Assembly: GCA_050084985.1 (NCBI GenBank)
Contig: JBITNC010000001.1
Coordinates: 62,000,001-62,064,000, forward strand
Origin: Nageia nagi
Lineage: Eukaryota > Plantae > Pinophyta
DNA: 64,000 bases
Direction of reading: 5' to 3'
The translations under genes were made by a program, and so were the position numbers. Below are positions 1 through 13,900 of the stretch, piece after piece. The notes beneath the pieces were generated by a model. The model was not told the DNA's origin, made no database searches, and worked only from the letters and a program-made list of their open reading frames with translations. Position 1 is the first letter of the stretch. Each line of letters begins with the position of its first letter.

Positions 1-734
1 TCATCTATAATCTTGCCCATTTTTGTAATATTCTACCAAGTGGCATATGTAGGTAGTATCAGTTAAAAGAATGCTGGAATCTTGAAGCCGATTTGTAACC
101 ATTTCTGTTCTGTAAATCTTGTAACTGCTATTACTGCAATATAAGTATATGAAAATAAAGTGAAAGATAGGTTGAAAGCCTAGTATTGCTCTTTACATTT
201 GTTCTCGAAGACCTATAGTTTTTATTAGTAATATGACACCATCTTGACCTTTCTTATCTAGCACTCGTAATTGTCATTCTTAATTTGGTTACATCGTGGC
301 AGCTTGGCTTGTTTTCTGAATGATAATTGCGGGTTGCTAGTATAACTGTGTCTGCTACATGGTAGAGTAAAGTTGGGAAACTATTAGAGAGTGAGAGCTT
401 GTACCGTAGCTGCTACACTAGATTCAGGACAAGGTTTCACACATTGTGAAAGCCCACGTTGAACTAGTGATCCACCTTTGCTTTCTCTCTTATTACCCTA
501 AACCTTTTGCTTAAATCCCTCGCACTCTACTCCTTTTATTTCTTTCCTGTTACCCTAGCCTTTTTCTTAAATCCCTCACACTCTACTCTTTTATCTCCTT
601 TCCTGTTACTTTTTCTACGCCCAATTGATAAGGAACCAACCTTCTCCAGAGATCAGACTGTCACTAAAGTCTGTTCTTGATTTACTTTGGTTAAGATTGT
701 TCACAGCGCATATATTACACAATCCTAATCAACA
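1..734 (+). mobile_element. Probable 3' part of a younger LTR, truncated by the window edge
   Basis: Non-coding. Retains CpGs, unlike the sequence after it. Ends ...cctaatcAACA at 734, an LTR-like terminus, after which composition switches to CpG-poor DNA. Confidence 0.4.
493..609. repeat. ~57-bp tandem duplication
   Basis: ttaccctaaaccttttgcttaaatccctcgcactctactcc... is followed directly by ttaccctagcctttttcttaaatccctcacactctactct... Confidence 0.85.
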
Positions 735-2460
735 GTAATAAACCACATCTAAATATTTCCTTTGGTTAATTGACCCCATTAAAAGTTAATGAATTGCATG
801 AGTTATTTAGATAAACTTACACATTAGTTAAAATACTACTTGAATCATATTAAAATAGTTTTAACTAATGGACATGTATGATTGGGAGGGTTAGAATTTA
901 CATCCATGAGTACTTTACTTTGGTTAAATGGATGATCATGAGACCTATTAAATTGGACATCAATGAGTTTTAGATCATTACCAACCATTTACTTTAATTT
1001 TCCTATGTTCCCATCAATAAAATACTCTAAGCCCTAGAGCCAAAACCTAGAGATGAATACCGGGTTCATAGGTTAGAAGTTGTTAGTTTTCATTGAATGA
1101 ATATAAAAAAAGGAGGCTATACTTGGATTTTATCATCAAGATAGTTCTCAATGGAATTCCTTGAACCCCATTGCACTAAGGTGACCACTTTAAGTACCAA
1201 GTCGTTACTTAGCCTTAGATAGCCTAATAGGATTACCAAACCCTATTTGAACATTTGACTAGATAGAACAATTTAAGAAAATTAAAAAGATTAAAATGTA
1301 TAATTCACATCGCTCATATTGTAAAGATTAATTTAATATGGAAAAAATATAGAAAAAGATAACCACACTGAAAACATAAGTATGTATGTAGGTTGTTTAT
1401 GCATTTAATTATTTTCCTTGCAAACATAAATTCAAAAGATAAAAAATAGAATTATTATATTCAATGTTTTCTTCCTTCTTATAGTTTGAAAAAAAATAAA
1501 AAACAAAAAAAATGGTTAACACTCCTCAAAGAGCTCATCAAAAGTAAGAACTAAATGATGAAAACTATTTAGGGGAAACAGAAAGTCATAGGTCTAGTAG
1601 AAATATTTTGAGAAGAGAATCTCCTCAAGATATAACTTGAGTTTACCCAAATCCTATTGATCATGACTTAGATGTATTTATAAAATGTCTAACATAATTA
1701 TGAATCCCTCATTCTTCTCATTCCCATAGTCTTCCTTTAGTTCCAAAATATTTAACATAAGATACACAACCAATCAATGTTGTGGAAGAGATTGAAGTAA
1801 GAAACATGCCTCTTTTACAAACTCATTTAGCTGATATTATACTTCAAAGAAGTCATTTTAGACCTAAATATGATTATGTCACATGTTATATACCAAATGG
1901 GTATTTATTTAAATCATATTTAATAAGGGATGATTATACTCCTTCCATAATATCTAGGTAGATAGAGGAATTTGATGATCAAGTCTCTATACATATAGCC
2001 ACTTTGATGCTAGAATCAAAAGAACATTCTAGAGTTTATAATAATTCTCTTCACATTTTAAAATCAAATATGTCAAATCCTTTATCAAGTCATAGAATAC
2101 CTAGATAAGGGTGTGAGGTAAGAGATAATCATGACCTAATAAGATTCATATTGTAAGGAATAGCTTCCTATACATGTAGAAAAGAGGATCCACCCCAACA
2201 CAACATGCAACAATAATAAGAAGTAGTTCTTTATAACTAAGGTGTACAACAAAAAAAAAATCCATGGGTTTTACCCAACAACAATGATTGCAAGCACAAT
2301 CAATGTTCAATGTACATCAAAATAAACCACCAATAATGCATCCCAATAATCAAAATAGCCAAATACAACCTAGACCCAACTAAATGATGAGTATAGATAG
2401 AAACAAATAACCTATGGTGTGAGCTTTATCACCATAGGGTCATGTAGTGTATAAATATTA

Positions 2461-2618
2461 AGATCCTTATTTAGCTAAGAGAAAAGAAGCTTCACTTAGA
2501 AATCAACAAAATTCAAAGGTATCATTTACCTCCACCTAGAGATCCTTATTTGGATAAGAGAAAAGAAGCTTCACTTATAAATCAACAAAATTCAAAGGTA
2601 TCATTTACCTCCACCTAG
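2461..2618. repeat. 79-bp tandem duplication inside element 1
   Basis: agatccttatt...tccacctag occurs twice with 3 mismatches (hand count). Confidence 0.95.
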
Positions 2619-5600
2619 AGATAATCGACAATCACCACTACCTCAATAAAAATTACAACAAAAATTTACCTTGATGACCATTGCACCAACCTCCACCACC
2701 TTCTCCACCATACAATGGGATTCATTATGATGCCAAGAAACCTTCTAAACAAACATATGAATCATTCCCAAGGTATAAAGAAAGAGTGGATCATATAAGT
2801 GATGAATATCCTATGTATCAAAATTAACTAGAATAAAATATGATCTTCATAAGAGGTTAATATAAATGGAAAAAGAGTTGCATTTGCAAGGTAAATAAAA
2901 GGTATCATATGAAATAATTTGTAATGAACCAATTCATCCTAGTTTTCTCAAAAAGGATATTATTTTTAAATTTGAAATTCCAAAAATCAAACCATTTAAA
3001 GGAAAATAAGATCTCAAATAACATATTTGATGATTCAAGTATTCAAGTTATATCATTGTTAATGATGATGTATTAATGCTACATATCATTCCCATGATAC
3101 TTATTGTACAAGCAATGGATTGGTACAACAACATAGCATAATATAGCATTAGTTCATATGATCAATTAGCATATTTATTCTTGGAACACTTTAGGATCAA
3201 TATTAAAGATAAAACTCCCATCACTGATCTTACAAGACTACATGAATTCCCATATGAATTAGTCATTGAATTTATTTCAAGATGGAGGATAGCATTCAAA
3301 AGCATTTCTTATACTCTACCTTTGGTAAAAATATTTAGTCAAAGTTATTTAAGGCCTATTGCTAGTACCCTATTGATTCAACAACATAAGACCTTTGAAG
3401 AAGCTATTTCTCAAGCTGTCATAATTGAAAAAGGTTAAAATTCAAGATGAAAATATAAAAACTAAGAAAAATGAACCTTATGTTAAGAAAAAAATCAAAT
3501 GAAAAAATAAGTAAACCATCACCAACTAATAAAATTTTTGTTACTAAAGAGGTAGAATCAAATCCTCCACAAAATAAGGAAAAGAAATCTAAACATAAAA
3601 GAAAGTTCACACCTTTATCAGAATCTCTTTATGATATTATGAGGAACCTTTCTGACCATGCAGTAATTATTTTACTAGAGATAAGATTAGAATTACCTTA
3701 AGTCAAAGATAAAAAATGGTATAATGAAAATGAATTTTATCACTACCATCACCAAGAGGATCATGATATAAATAAATGTATAACTTTACAATACAAGGTT
3801 TAAGATTTGATTGGTCATGAAAAATTGGAAGTTGATAACCCTATGGCTATCTCAAATCAAAATTTGGGAATTTATCAAAACCCTATTACTCAACATCAAG
3901 TTAATAATATTTCATTATATCCATATGAGAATCAAGTAACTTATAGTTGGAATTATGACAACTTAACATTCATAGAAATGGTCAATATCACTACAAGAGC
4001 TCAAAAGGTACAAAGAAAATAAAATGTTATTCTAGATAACCAACAAGACAATATTTTGTGTAACCAAACATACCTATACCATAACCTCATAAATTATCTT
4101 TGAAAGGAGCTCTATATTAATAATTAAAAAAATTTGCAATTGAAAATGTATCTATTTGAGTTACTACAACAATCTAAGAAACATAGAGATGCAATGAATC
4201 AATTTTTATAAACAATAGAATTGGATATAAATTATCCTAAAAGCTTTGTATCCTTTGTAGTAAACATCAAAATAATTCAAAAACCTACTATTTTTTTTTA
4301 TGATCATGAAGTTAAATATTCGAATGAGATACATGGCCAAGATCCACCTTTGTACATTATAGCTAAGGTGGATGGGAAAAAGTTTAAAATAATATTGATT
4401 GATAAAGTTCAACAATAAATATTATTTCAACTACTACATATAAGAATCTTAATCTCCCATTTTCACATATTTTTTCCCCATCATTGTAGCTAAAAGCATT
4501 TAATGATGCTCTACATTTAACAATAGGATCAATCTTGTTGCCTATTATTGTAGGGTCTAAAATACAGTAAATGATGTTACAAGTAATTGGAAGAGATATC
4601 ACATAACATAATATCATTTTTGGGAGGCCTTAGATTAGGAATATTCAATGTTTCCCATAAACATTTCATAATTTTCTAAAGCATATTCACAAGGGTATGG
4701 TAAATTTTATGCTCAAAGATGAAAATCCATATTCACATTGTTATAGCACCCATATATCAAAAAAAAATAACTTTACCATCTTCTCACTACTTTATAGCAC
4801 TAATACCAATATAAGTATCATCAATTGTTGAGGTGGGTAAGAATAATTTTTTATATTTGAACACTTTAAAAGAAAAATATGTTATCAATCAAGAATCATC
4901 CAAAACTCAATAGAACACTAATGATGATTCACTACCAAAGATAGAACCCACACCACAAAAAAGATGTACTTGAGAGGAAAGAACACATAAATTAGATGAA
5001 TTAATAAAACTCTCCTCATCAAAAATTCCATCTCCCATGAATACATCATTAAATGGTGATGATTGTCAAGAAGATGATAAGTCATCAAACATCTACCTAG
5101 AAATAATAAAACTACCAAATTATGGTATATGAGAATTTAGAATTGATGATGTTATCTTTAGTATTCCCTCTGCTCAAGAAATGGGAAGACTTAAGGAGTC
5201 TCCTAGTGTAGTGAAGTAATTGGTACTATTAGGAAAAGTTCCTAATTAAACCCTTTTTATTTATATAGGTCCTATAGAACCACATCTCATTTCTTTACCT
5301 AAACCACATGAAGGTATTTTTTGTAATTCATTCAGATATTTATCACCTTATCTAAGATCGTTCATCCAAAGATATTTTAGTATATGTTAATGGAATGGAT
5401 GAGGTTTAGGTTGATATGAATAAGAAACTTGATATACAATTTATATTTACCACCACCCACTAATAAAACATGATTGGGATATAAAGGTAATAGTAAAGAA
5501 GAATCTATGTGTAAAATACTTGAGGTAGAACCAGAAAACCTAGAATATGAAAAACCATGTGAAAAATTTGAAGAGATAATAAATTAAGATAATCCAAAAT

Positions 5601-8600
5601 TTGAAACATTATATTTGGAATGACTATTTTCTAAACTTGTATCAAGTAACATGGTTGAAATTGAAGAAATATCTGATTCAAGGTAAGAAAAAATATCTTT
5701 TGATTGGTTTGGAAGTGATGAGTTTGAACTACTAAGTCCAATAAGTTTGAGTAACTCTTCATTATACTTCATGGTAGATGAAGATACTACAAACTTTACA
5801 GTAATTTTCAAACAACCTATAGTACAAGACTTTAAAGATATATATACTACTTCAAACCTCTAAATCCACCATAAATACAACTTTAAAGGATCAAGCTTTA
5901 GGTGAAGATGAAGAGTAAAACCTCAAAGATAAAAATTGAAATCCAATAACAAATTATTTGGAAGAGGGGTCTCACATGTTAATTAAAGAAACTATCAAGG
6001 TATATTTAAGTGATGATCCAAATAATCCTAAGATTATTTAACTTGAAAAATCACTAACTAAGTATGAGAGGAAAGAATTTGTGTCTATACTTAAACAAAA
6101 GCAAAAGATATTTGCATGAACATATGCTGATATGCCAAGATTAGATCCAAACTTGGTGGTGCATACCCTAAGTATTAAAGAGGATACTAAACTATTTAAT
6201 AAGAAATTATGAAAGATGCATCCTACAATATAATTAATAGTAAAAGAGAAATTACAAAAACTATTAGAAGCCAAGTTCATACATCCTATTGACTATTCTA
6301 ATTAGAGCTCCAAAATGGTGCCAGTTAAAAATCTAATGGGAAAATTTGCATATGTACAAATTTTAGAGACTTAAATAAAGCTTGTCCTAAAGATGATTTT
6401 CCATTACCAAATATAAATAATTTGGTTAATTCAACTATTAGACATGAAATGCTATTCCTTGTGGATGTATTCTCAAGGTATAATCAAATAAGAGTAGAAC
6501 TTAAAGATCAACATAAAATAAACATTCATAATGCCTTAGTGAACATTATGTTATAAAGTAATGCCCTTCATCTTGAAGAATGAAAAAGCTACTTATCAAT
6601 GGGAAATGATATATATTTTCCATCATTACATGCATGATATCATGGAATATTATGTAGATGAACATAATATTCGATTAAATTACAAACAATATGTTTTTGG
6701 GATCACTTCAAAAAACTTATTAGGCTTTATTGTTTCTAGGTGAGGGATTGAAGTAGATCCCAACAAGATAAAAGCAATAGTGAATATGCTTCCCCCTTTA
6801 AATATAAAGCAATTACAAAGTTTACAAGGCAATCTACAAGTTATAAGACATTTTATTTCACAATTATTAGATAAATGTAAATATTTTAATAAATTGTTAA
6901 AAAAGGGGATTAAATTTCATTGGGATAATGAAGAACATGAAGTGTTTGATGAAATAAAATGTTATCTTTTATCAACTCTAGTTTTAGTACAACCTAAGGA
7001 AGGGAAACCTTTCCTACTCTATACATCACATACAAAATTGGCATTAGGAACTATACTTGCTTAAAACAATGAAAATAATAAAGAACAAGCTATATACTAT
7101 CTCATTCAAACCTTATTCAGTTATGAAATTAAGTACATGTACCTAAAAAAGTTATGTTTAGCAGTAGTCTTTGCAACAAAAAAGTTGAGACATTGCATGC
7201 TAAATCATACTATTTATGTAATTTCAAAGCACATATATTATAATATATGATGAAAAAACTTATCAAAATACAAGGAAATATAATGAATTATACATTTTAT
7301 TGAATTTGATTTATGATTCATAAGTCAAAAATCAATCAAAGGTCAAATCATAACTGATTATCTCATGGAAGCTCAACTACATGATGATAAAGCACTCATT
7401 ATTGAATTACCATATGAACATGTTTTCCAATTAGATGATATGGAAATTCCTATTGATCATGAAGAAGATTGGGATATGGTAATATATTTTTACAAATCAA
7501 GATATAAAAAAAGTGGAGGTGCAAGTGTTGTATTCATAACACCTTAAGCAGTTCCCATACCTTACTCCTTCAAACTCAATTTTCCCTGTATCAATAATAA
7601 TACCAAGTATTAAGCTTTGATATTAGCCATAAAGAAATTTGTGAAATTAAAATTTAGAAAGGTCAAATTTACTAGTGATTTTTTGTTAATTATAAATCAC
7701 ATTAAAAGAAAATTTTTAGTGTAAAGAACCTTTACTTTAAAAGTGCAAAAAAATAGTGGATAATTTATTTTGATCATTTGAAAAATATAACCTAGAGAAA
7801 ACATCAAGGTCAACCAATAGGTTCATTGATGCTATGGATTCAATTTGATCTTTGATACTTGATAACCCTCACCAAGAAACCATTCACATTGAAATAGTCC
7901 AAATTACATGATCCTCATTGGAAATGGATGGAGTAGAATATGAGTTTCTTGATATTACAATGAAAGATAAAAATTTATGGCATGTACAACTAGTTAAATT
8001 CTTAAGAGATGGAATCTTACCTATTAATTTAACAAAATTAGCTAGGAAAGCATTTAAAATAAAAGCCTTGCATTTTTTTATGCTAGGATATATATTATAT
8101 CATAGAGGTTTTGATGGAATATTACTTAGATGCTTGGAATGGGGAGATTATGAAATTGCAATTTCATTCATGCTTGATGGAATATGTAGAGTCATTTTAG
8201 TGATTCTAAAATAATAAAATTATTAATGGAAATGGGCTATTATTTGCTTACCATGGAGCATGATTGCATAGAATATGTTAAAAAATATTTCAAATACCAA
8301 TAACATTCTAATCAATTTGACCAACCAACATAAGCATTACAAACCATGCAATCATTATGGTTGTTTTCAAGATGGGCATTGGATATGATAGGTCAAATAT
8401 CCCCTACTTCCTTAGGTGGTCATAAGTTTATAATAACTACTATAAAATATTTCCCAAAATGGTTTAAATTTATTCCCATGATTTTCACAAAAGTATCAAA
8501 GATAGCATAATTCATAGAGCATAAAAATATTATTAATTTTGAAATTCCTTCTCAAATTATCATGGATAATGGAATTAAAAAAAGAAGTGTTAGTCTTATG

Positions 8601-9139
8601 CAAATGGTATCATATTTGAATTAATTTTTCAATGCCTTATTACCCTCAAGGTAATGGACAAGTTGAGGCTATAAAAAAAACTATTTGTATTATTCTTCTC
8701 AAAACTATCGATAATTCTCATAAAGATTAGTGTGCAAGGATTCCACATACTTTATGGGCCTATCACAATAGTATTCAAACTCCTATTGGGGCAACCCTAT
8801 TCTCTCTAATTTATGTGGAAAAAGCAATTTTACCCTTACAAATAGAGATCTTATCTTTGCAAATTTCTTTATAAGATTATATCACAGATGAAGCATCTCA
8901 TCAAATGTGATTAGATAACTTATTATTATTATATGAAAGATGAGTTAACACATTAAAACATATGCATACCTATCAAAACCATATTAAAAGAGCTTTTGAT
9001 AAAAGAGATACAATTTATGAGTTCAATATAGGATATCTAGTACTAAAATAAAATCAATAAACCAAAATCAGACTTGGGTTGGTTTTTTAGGATGATCTTA
9101 CATGGCCTTTCATGTGTTGAAACTAACTCTCATCTTGGC

Positions 9140-9330
9140 TTTACATCATTTCACCCTACAACTACTAGAGCAAAGTAGAATTATTTCACCATTCAAATTT
9201 TGGGGAAAAGAAGAATAATTTCACACTTCAACTTTTGGGGCAAACCAAAATCATTTCACCCTTTGACTACTAGGGAAAAGAAGAATCATTTCATCCTTTA
9301 GATACTAGTGTAAATAGAATTATTTCATTA
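9140..9330. repeat. Degenerate ~35-40-bp tandem repeats in the element 1 3' UTR
   Basis: Recurrent agaat(c/t)atttcaccc...acttttggggcaaa / actactagggaaaag units. Confidence 0.75.
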
Positions 9331-9707
9331 TATTGCATAGTTCACATAGTTTGATTTTTTAGTTCCATTTTTGATCACTTATCTTCACTATGTCACATCC
9401 TTATCATATAGAATATCAATTGGTTATGAAATGATAGTGTTGGAACCATAATGTTTTATATCCATAGGTACAATTAGGTCACTTGTAGCATAGTTCATTG
9501 CACCAAGATACAAACTAGTTATGGCACTATTATGTTGGCATAGTAAGGTGTTATAGTCATTATATCCATATGCACTCTCAGAATGATGATTTCAATCATA
9601 TATTATAATTATCACATTTCACACACTTCACCTATTTTTATACTATATTTTGTATCTTATAAAATCTTATTTTGCATCTCGTAAAAATTATCACAAAAAG
9701 GGACATC

Positions 9708-10920
9708 TGTAGATACTGAAAAATCATTTGTTCATATAGCATAGGTGACTTTTGATGATTTGGTACATCTTGCATATTATCATGATCCTATAAACCTTTC
9801 ATATTATCCCAACCCCATTCATGCAATCAATTTTGGTAACTTAACCCTTTGTTACCACCTTATCACTTTGAACCCTAACCAACCTACTGGTTAGGAGATT
9901 AGTTGACTAGTTAGGTCAAAACCATAATTGGCCTACTGGCTAATCTTGTATAAAATTCAAATCAAAAATATATTTTTCGAACCAAATTTCACTTTTTACA
10001 ACAAATACCTCATGACTCCTTGCTATCCTGCACACTCCAAATTGTGTACTCAATCTTTTGGCCTCATATCTTCCATTTGGAGCTTCACCCATCACTTTCA
10101 AAGGTAACAAAAAGAGGACTTTTGTCCTCATCTTGCAAGAAATATTGGGTAACTCATGTGCCTTTGGTTTTTGTGGTACTAATATCTATTTTGAGTATTT
10201 TTTACATGTTTGAAGGAACATTCAAGAGTTCACATCACATATCCTTTTGGGTTTATCATTACTATATTAGTGCATGGTTGCATATTAGCATTTTCTAAGC
10301 TAGTCTCTAGTAGACTTAATCTAGAATAGAATATTTTAGATTTTTTTTATTCCATTTTAGTCTTATGTTAGCCTACATCTTAGGTATTTTCCTATCTTCT
10401 AGTTCCTTGTTGATTTAAGGTTTGAAGGCTTACAAGATATCTAGCTATATTTTAATGGTTCTGGGGTCTTAAGGATCTAGAACCTAGAAGCCTCCTCTTT
10501 CTCTTATTTTTTAGGTTATTTTGAGTCTTTAGTATTGTATTGAAAAGGAAAAAATCTAAAACCTACTCCCATTTTATTTCATTATCATTATCTAATCATG
10601 TTTATTTTAGATATTACAATGTGAGTATTTCCAAGAGGGGAAGGGCCCCAAGTGTAGGTTCTTGTATCCTCTTTTTGGAAGATTATAAATTAAAGATCAT
10701 GATGGTACCACCCTTGGTCCAAGATTTACAATCATATGGGATTTTTACATCCCTTTCTCCTTTTTTTAATTGTTATATTTGATCCTTTATTTTTTCATTT
10801 TTAGATATTTATACATACTGAGCTAGTCTAATTATTTTAGGGAACATTCATGACCAATCATAGATAAAACCTTGAAAATATTAAAGTATGAAATTAAATA
10901 GAACAACACCCAATTTGCTA
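9708..10920 (+). repeat. 3' LTR of element 1 (start defined, end uncertain)
   Basis: Purine tract followed by TGTAGATACTGAAAAAT, matching the TGTAGA(c/t)(a/g)CCTAAAAAT LTR starts at 35856, 43127 and 35035(-). The end could not be fixed. Confidence 0.55.
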
Positions 10921-13900
10921 CAAATTGGTTCATAGAGTCTAGCCAATATTTAGTATATTGGTTAGGGTTTTAATGCATAAACTCTTGGATAGTTTTCAAC
11001 CAATCAACTCATTTTTTTTAGTCAATTTAGTCTATACCAGTTAGGATTATTTTAGGGTTTGAGTTAGTTTATTTCATTTTTAGAAAGTGTCATAGATTTT
11101 GGCCCTGTAACTAGGTGGTAGCATTCCACTACCAACATTTAATTCACTAGGTTGTACACTTAATGCTCTACCTTTAGCACTTTTAAATTCAAATTTTAAA
11201 ATTCTTTGGGTACCATTGTGATCGGTTGGCCAACTATTTTGTTCCACCAATTGGTACTACTAGCATATCTATAGAATGTAGGCTAAGATCAAAGTGTGTA
11301 TTATAGGTATTATGCCTAACAATAGGTTGGAGCAAGAGCCCCCTAAGATTGTACCCCTCTTTTTCCATGCTTTATACTAGGATTTGTGTGCTATGTGTAT
11401 CATAGGGTTATTACTTTAGTTTATTTTGAAAAGAAAAGAAGATTGAAAAATGAAAAGTTTATTTTAGTCTCTTTCTTGTATTAGTGAAATCAAAATCATC
11501 ATTGGATGGGAGTATTTCATTTTTGAAATCATTTTTCTTTTTACTTTAAAATGAAAAAGGTAAATATTGGAGGGATTAGTTGCATCTTGCATACATTTAG
11601 TTGCATCTCATATTTTCTTTATTGTACTTGTATTAATGTCCATCACAAGCCTAGGGAGTATCCAAGGCATGTGGATTTCATCACTAGGGCCTAACCAACA
11701 CTTGGATTTCATCACCAATGTGGGAGACCCCTCTTTTGATGATGACTATCATTAGAGGTACTTGAGTACCCTTACAAAATGATTCACACCCATAGAGATT
11801 GATCTTTACCCAAAAATGCTTGACTAGATTCATTTAGAAAAACTAATCAAGAGGTAAATTTACCATAAAATCAATCTCATTAAAATTATAATTATCCTAA
11901 TTGGATAAGAAGCAACCAAACAAGATAATCACTATTGCTATCTTTCACACTATTTATATCTTGCATGTAGGATTGATATCTTGAAAAGATCAGCTATTCA
12001 TTAAAATAAAATCATTAAAAAAGTTTAGGATTTGTGTTTATATTCTTTCACTTGTATGGCACCATTGGGATATTTTATTTAATTCCATATTATTTTTTTA
12101 AGTCCTCATTTATATTCCTAGTATTTAAGGTGAATCCCATAGTTCAATGGATACTAGAGCACAATTTAGGACTAGACAAACTAGATCCTCACAATCCAAC
12201 CCTCCTTCTCAACCACCTTCACTTCATATGTCCCAACCAATTTCACTTCATGTTTTGCAAGCATCTCGTGTCCCATATTTTTCACCTAGATATGATTTCA
12301 TATCCAATCAAGAGGATACCTAATTTCACAAAGACTTGCAAGAAGGTATATGTAATGATCCCTTATATGGTGATGCAATCTCTCCACACTATGTGGAAGT
12401 CAACCATGATGAACTCCTACCAAGGGGAAACTCTTCTTGAGTGATCCTCATATACAAGAACTTTTTTATCAATTTAAGGCTAAACAACCATTAGTAAATC
12501 CACCACCTCCCTTGGAAGAAGATATAAGGGTGTCACAATCCTTGCCTCCTCCTTCCTTTCCCCATATTATCACTATGGAAACCTCACTCCATAATCTAAA
12601 CACATTCATTCTTACCAATCCTTATAATGTCATTTACCATTATGATCCTACCTATGGAAATCCTCCACCATCCAACATGCCATCTTCCTCCATTGAACCT
12701 CAACCATATAAATTTCTCAATTCTCCCACTACCAGATTATGTAAAATGAAGGCCCATAAGCTTCTTTTTAAGATGATATGGAGAGAAGAAATTGGTCTAC
12801 TTTTGTTCCTCCTAGTTGGTGTCCTATCTAAGCTTAACAAGTTTCATCAACCTTACCTCAAGCTCCACTGATTTCTAATGTGGATCCTTTGGTCCAATCT
12901 TGTTATACACAAGATGACTCCCCCATTTTGATACCATCATGTGTTCCTCATCATGATGATGAGGAGAGAGCCCAAATGTTTGAAGAGTAGTATAGGCTTC
13001 AAAAGGCTAAATGATTTGCACAAATTGTGGACACCCATCAAGAGCAAGAGGTCAATATTAATCCATAAGTATTGAGTATTGCAACCACTCCCTAAGTTGA
13101 TATGGCTGACCAACCTTATTTATCCTATCAACAAGAGACTATAACACCTAGAAACATGATTAATCTTAATCCTTAAGAGATCATTCCATCATATGTGACA
13201 CTCAAAGTTCCTCATCCTATGGTGCACATTAATGTTGTATCTCAAGATCCTCCTTCCTCTTCTCAAGTTGTTATACTATATATGCTAATTATCAAAATAC
13301 TAATCATACACAAGTATATGTTGGTACTTAACTAAGGAGGATTACCCCCATGCAAATATATTTCCAATCTTTTCAACAAGTTCAATATCCATCTCTTGGA
13401 GAAGCTCAATTTCCTCCTCAAGGTTTACATAACCAAGTGGTACAAGGGTATGTAGATCAACCCCACCATACAAAATAAGTGAATGTCACTTCAACTCAAC
13501 AAGTTTATCAACCTTAAGGGCAACAACAAGCAACCAATTATTATCAAGGTCTAGGCTACCAATTTATGGGTTCATTTCCTCCATCAACCCTTCATGTTGA
13601 GATTCGCAAAAAGCTATAAGATATGGAGGAAAGGCTTAATAACCAAGGTAAGTACAAGTTTTCTTATGGATCTATTTGTAGTAAAGAAATCCATCCATCC
13701 ATCCCTATAAAGGATTTTCCTTACAAGATTTAAGTTCCTAATATGGATACATTTTAAGGGAAGGAGGACCCTAGAGAACATATAAGGAAATTTAAGTATT
13801 CATGCTATATCAAAGCTAATGATGATGTTCTTATGTCAAGGATGTTTTCTATGAATTTGGGCAGTCAATTCTTGGATTTGTATAAAAATGTTTCATAGCA

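Larger units (their letters stand above)
1500..9707 (+). mobile_element. Decayed Ty3/gypsy Tat/Ogre-type retrotransposon, internal region (element 1)
   Basis: Stop- and frameshift-ridden domains in order: gag (~2900-3450, EHFRINIKDKTPITDL), Zn knuckle (~3735-3790), protease (PLYIIAKVDGKKFKIILID, ~4340), G-patch-like linker (~5370-5490), RT (DLNKACPKDDFPLP ~6368; YVD ~6651), RNase H (~6960-7360), aRH (~7470-7850), integrase (~8000-9050, YYPQGNGQVEA). PPT-like aaaaagggac just before 9708. Confidence 0.92.
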
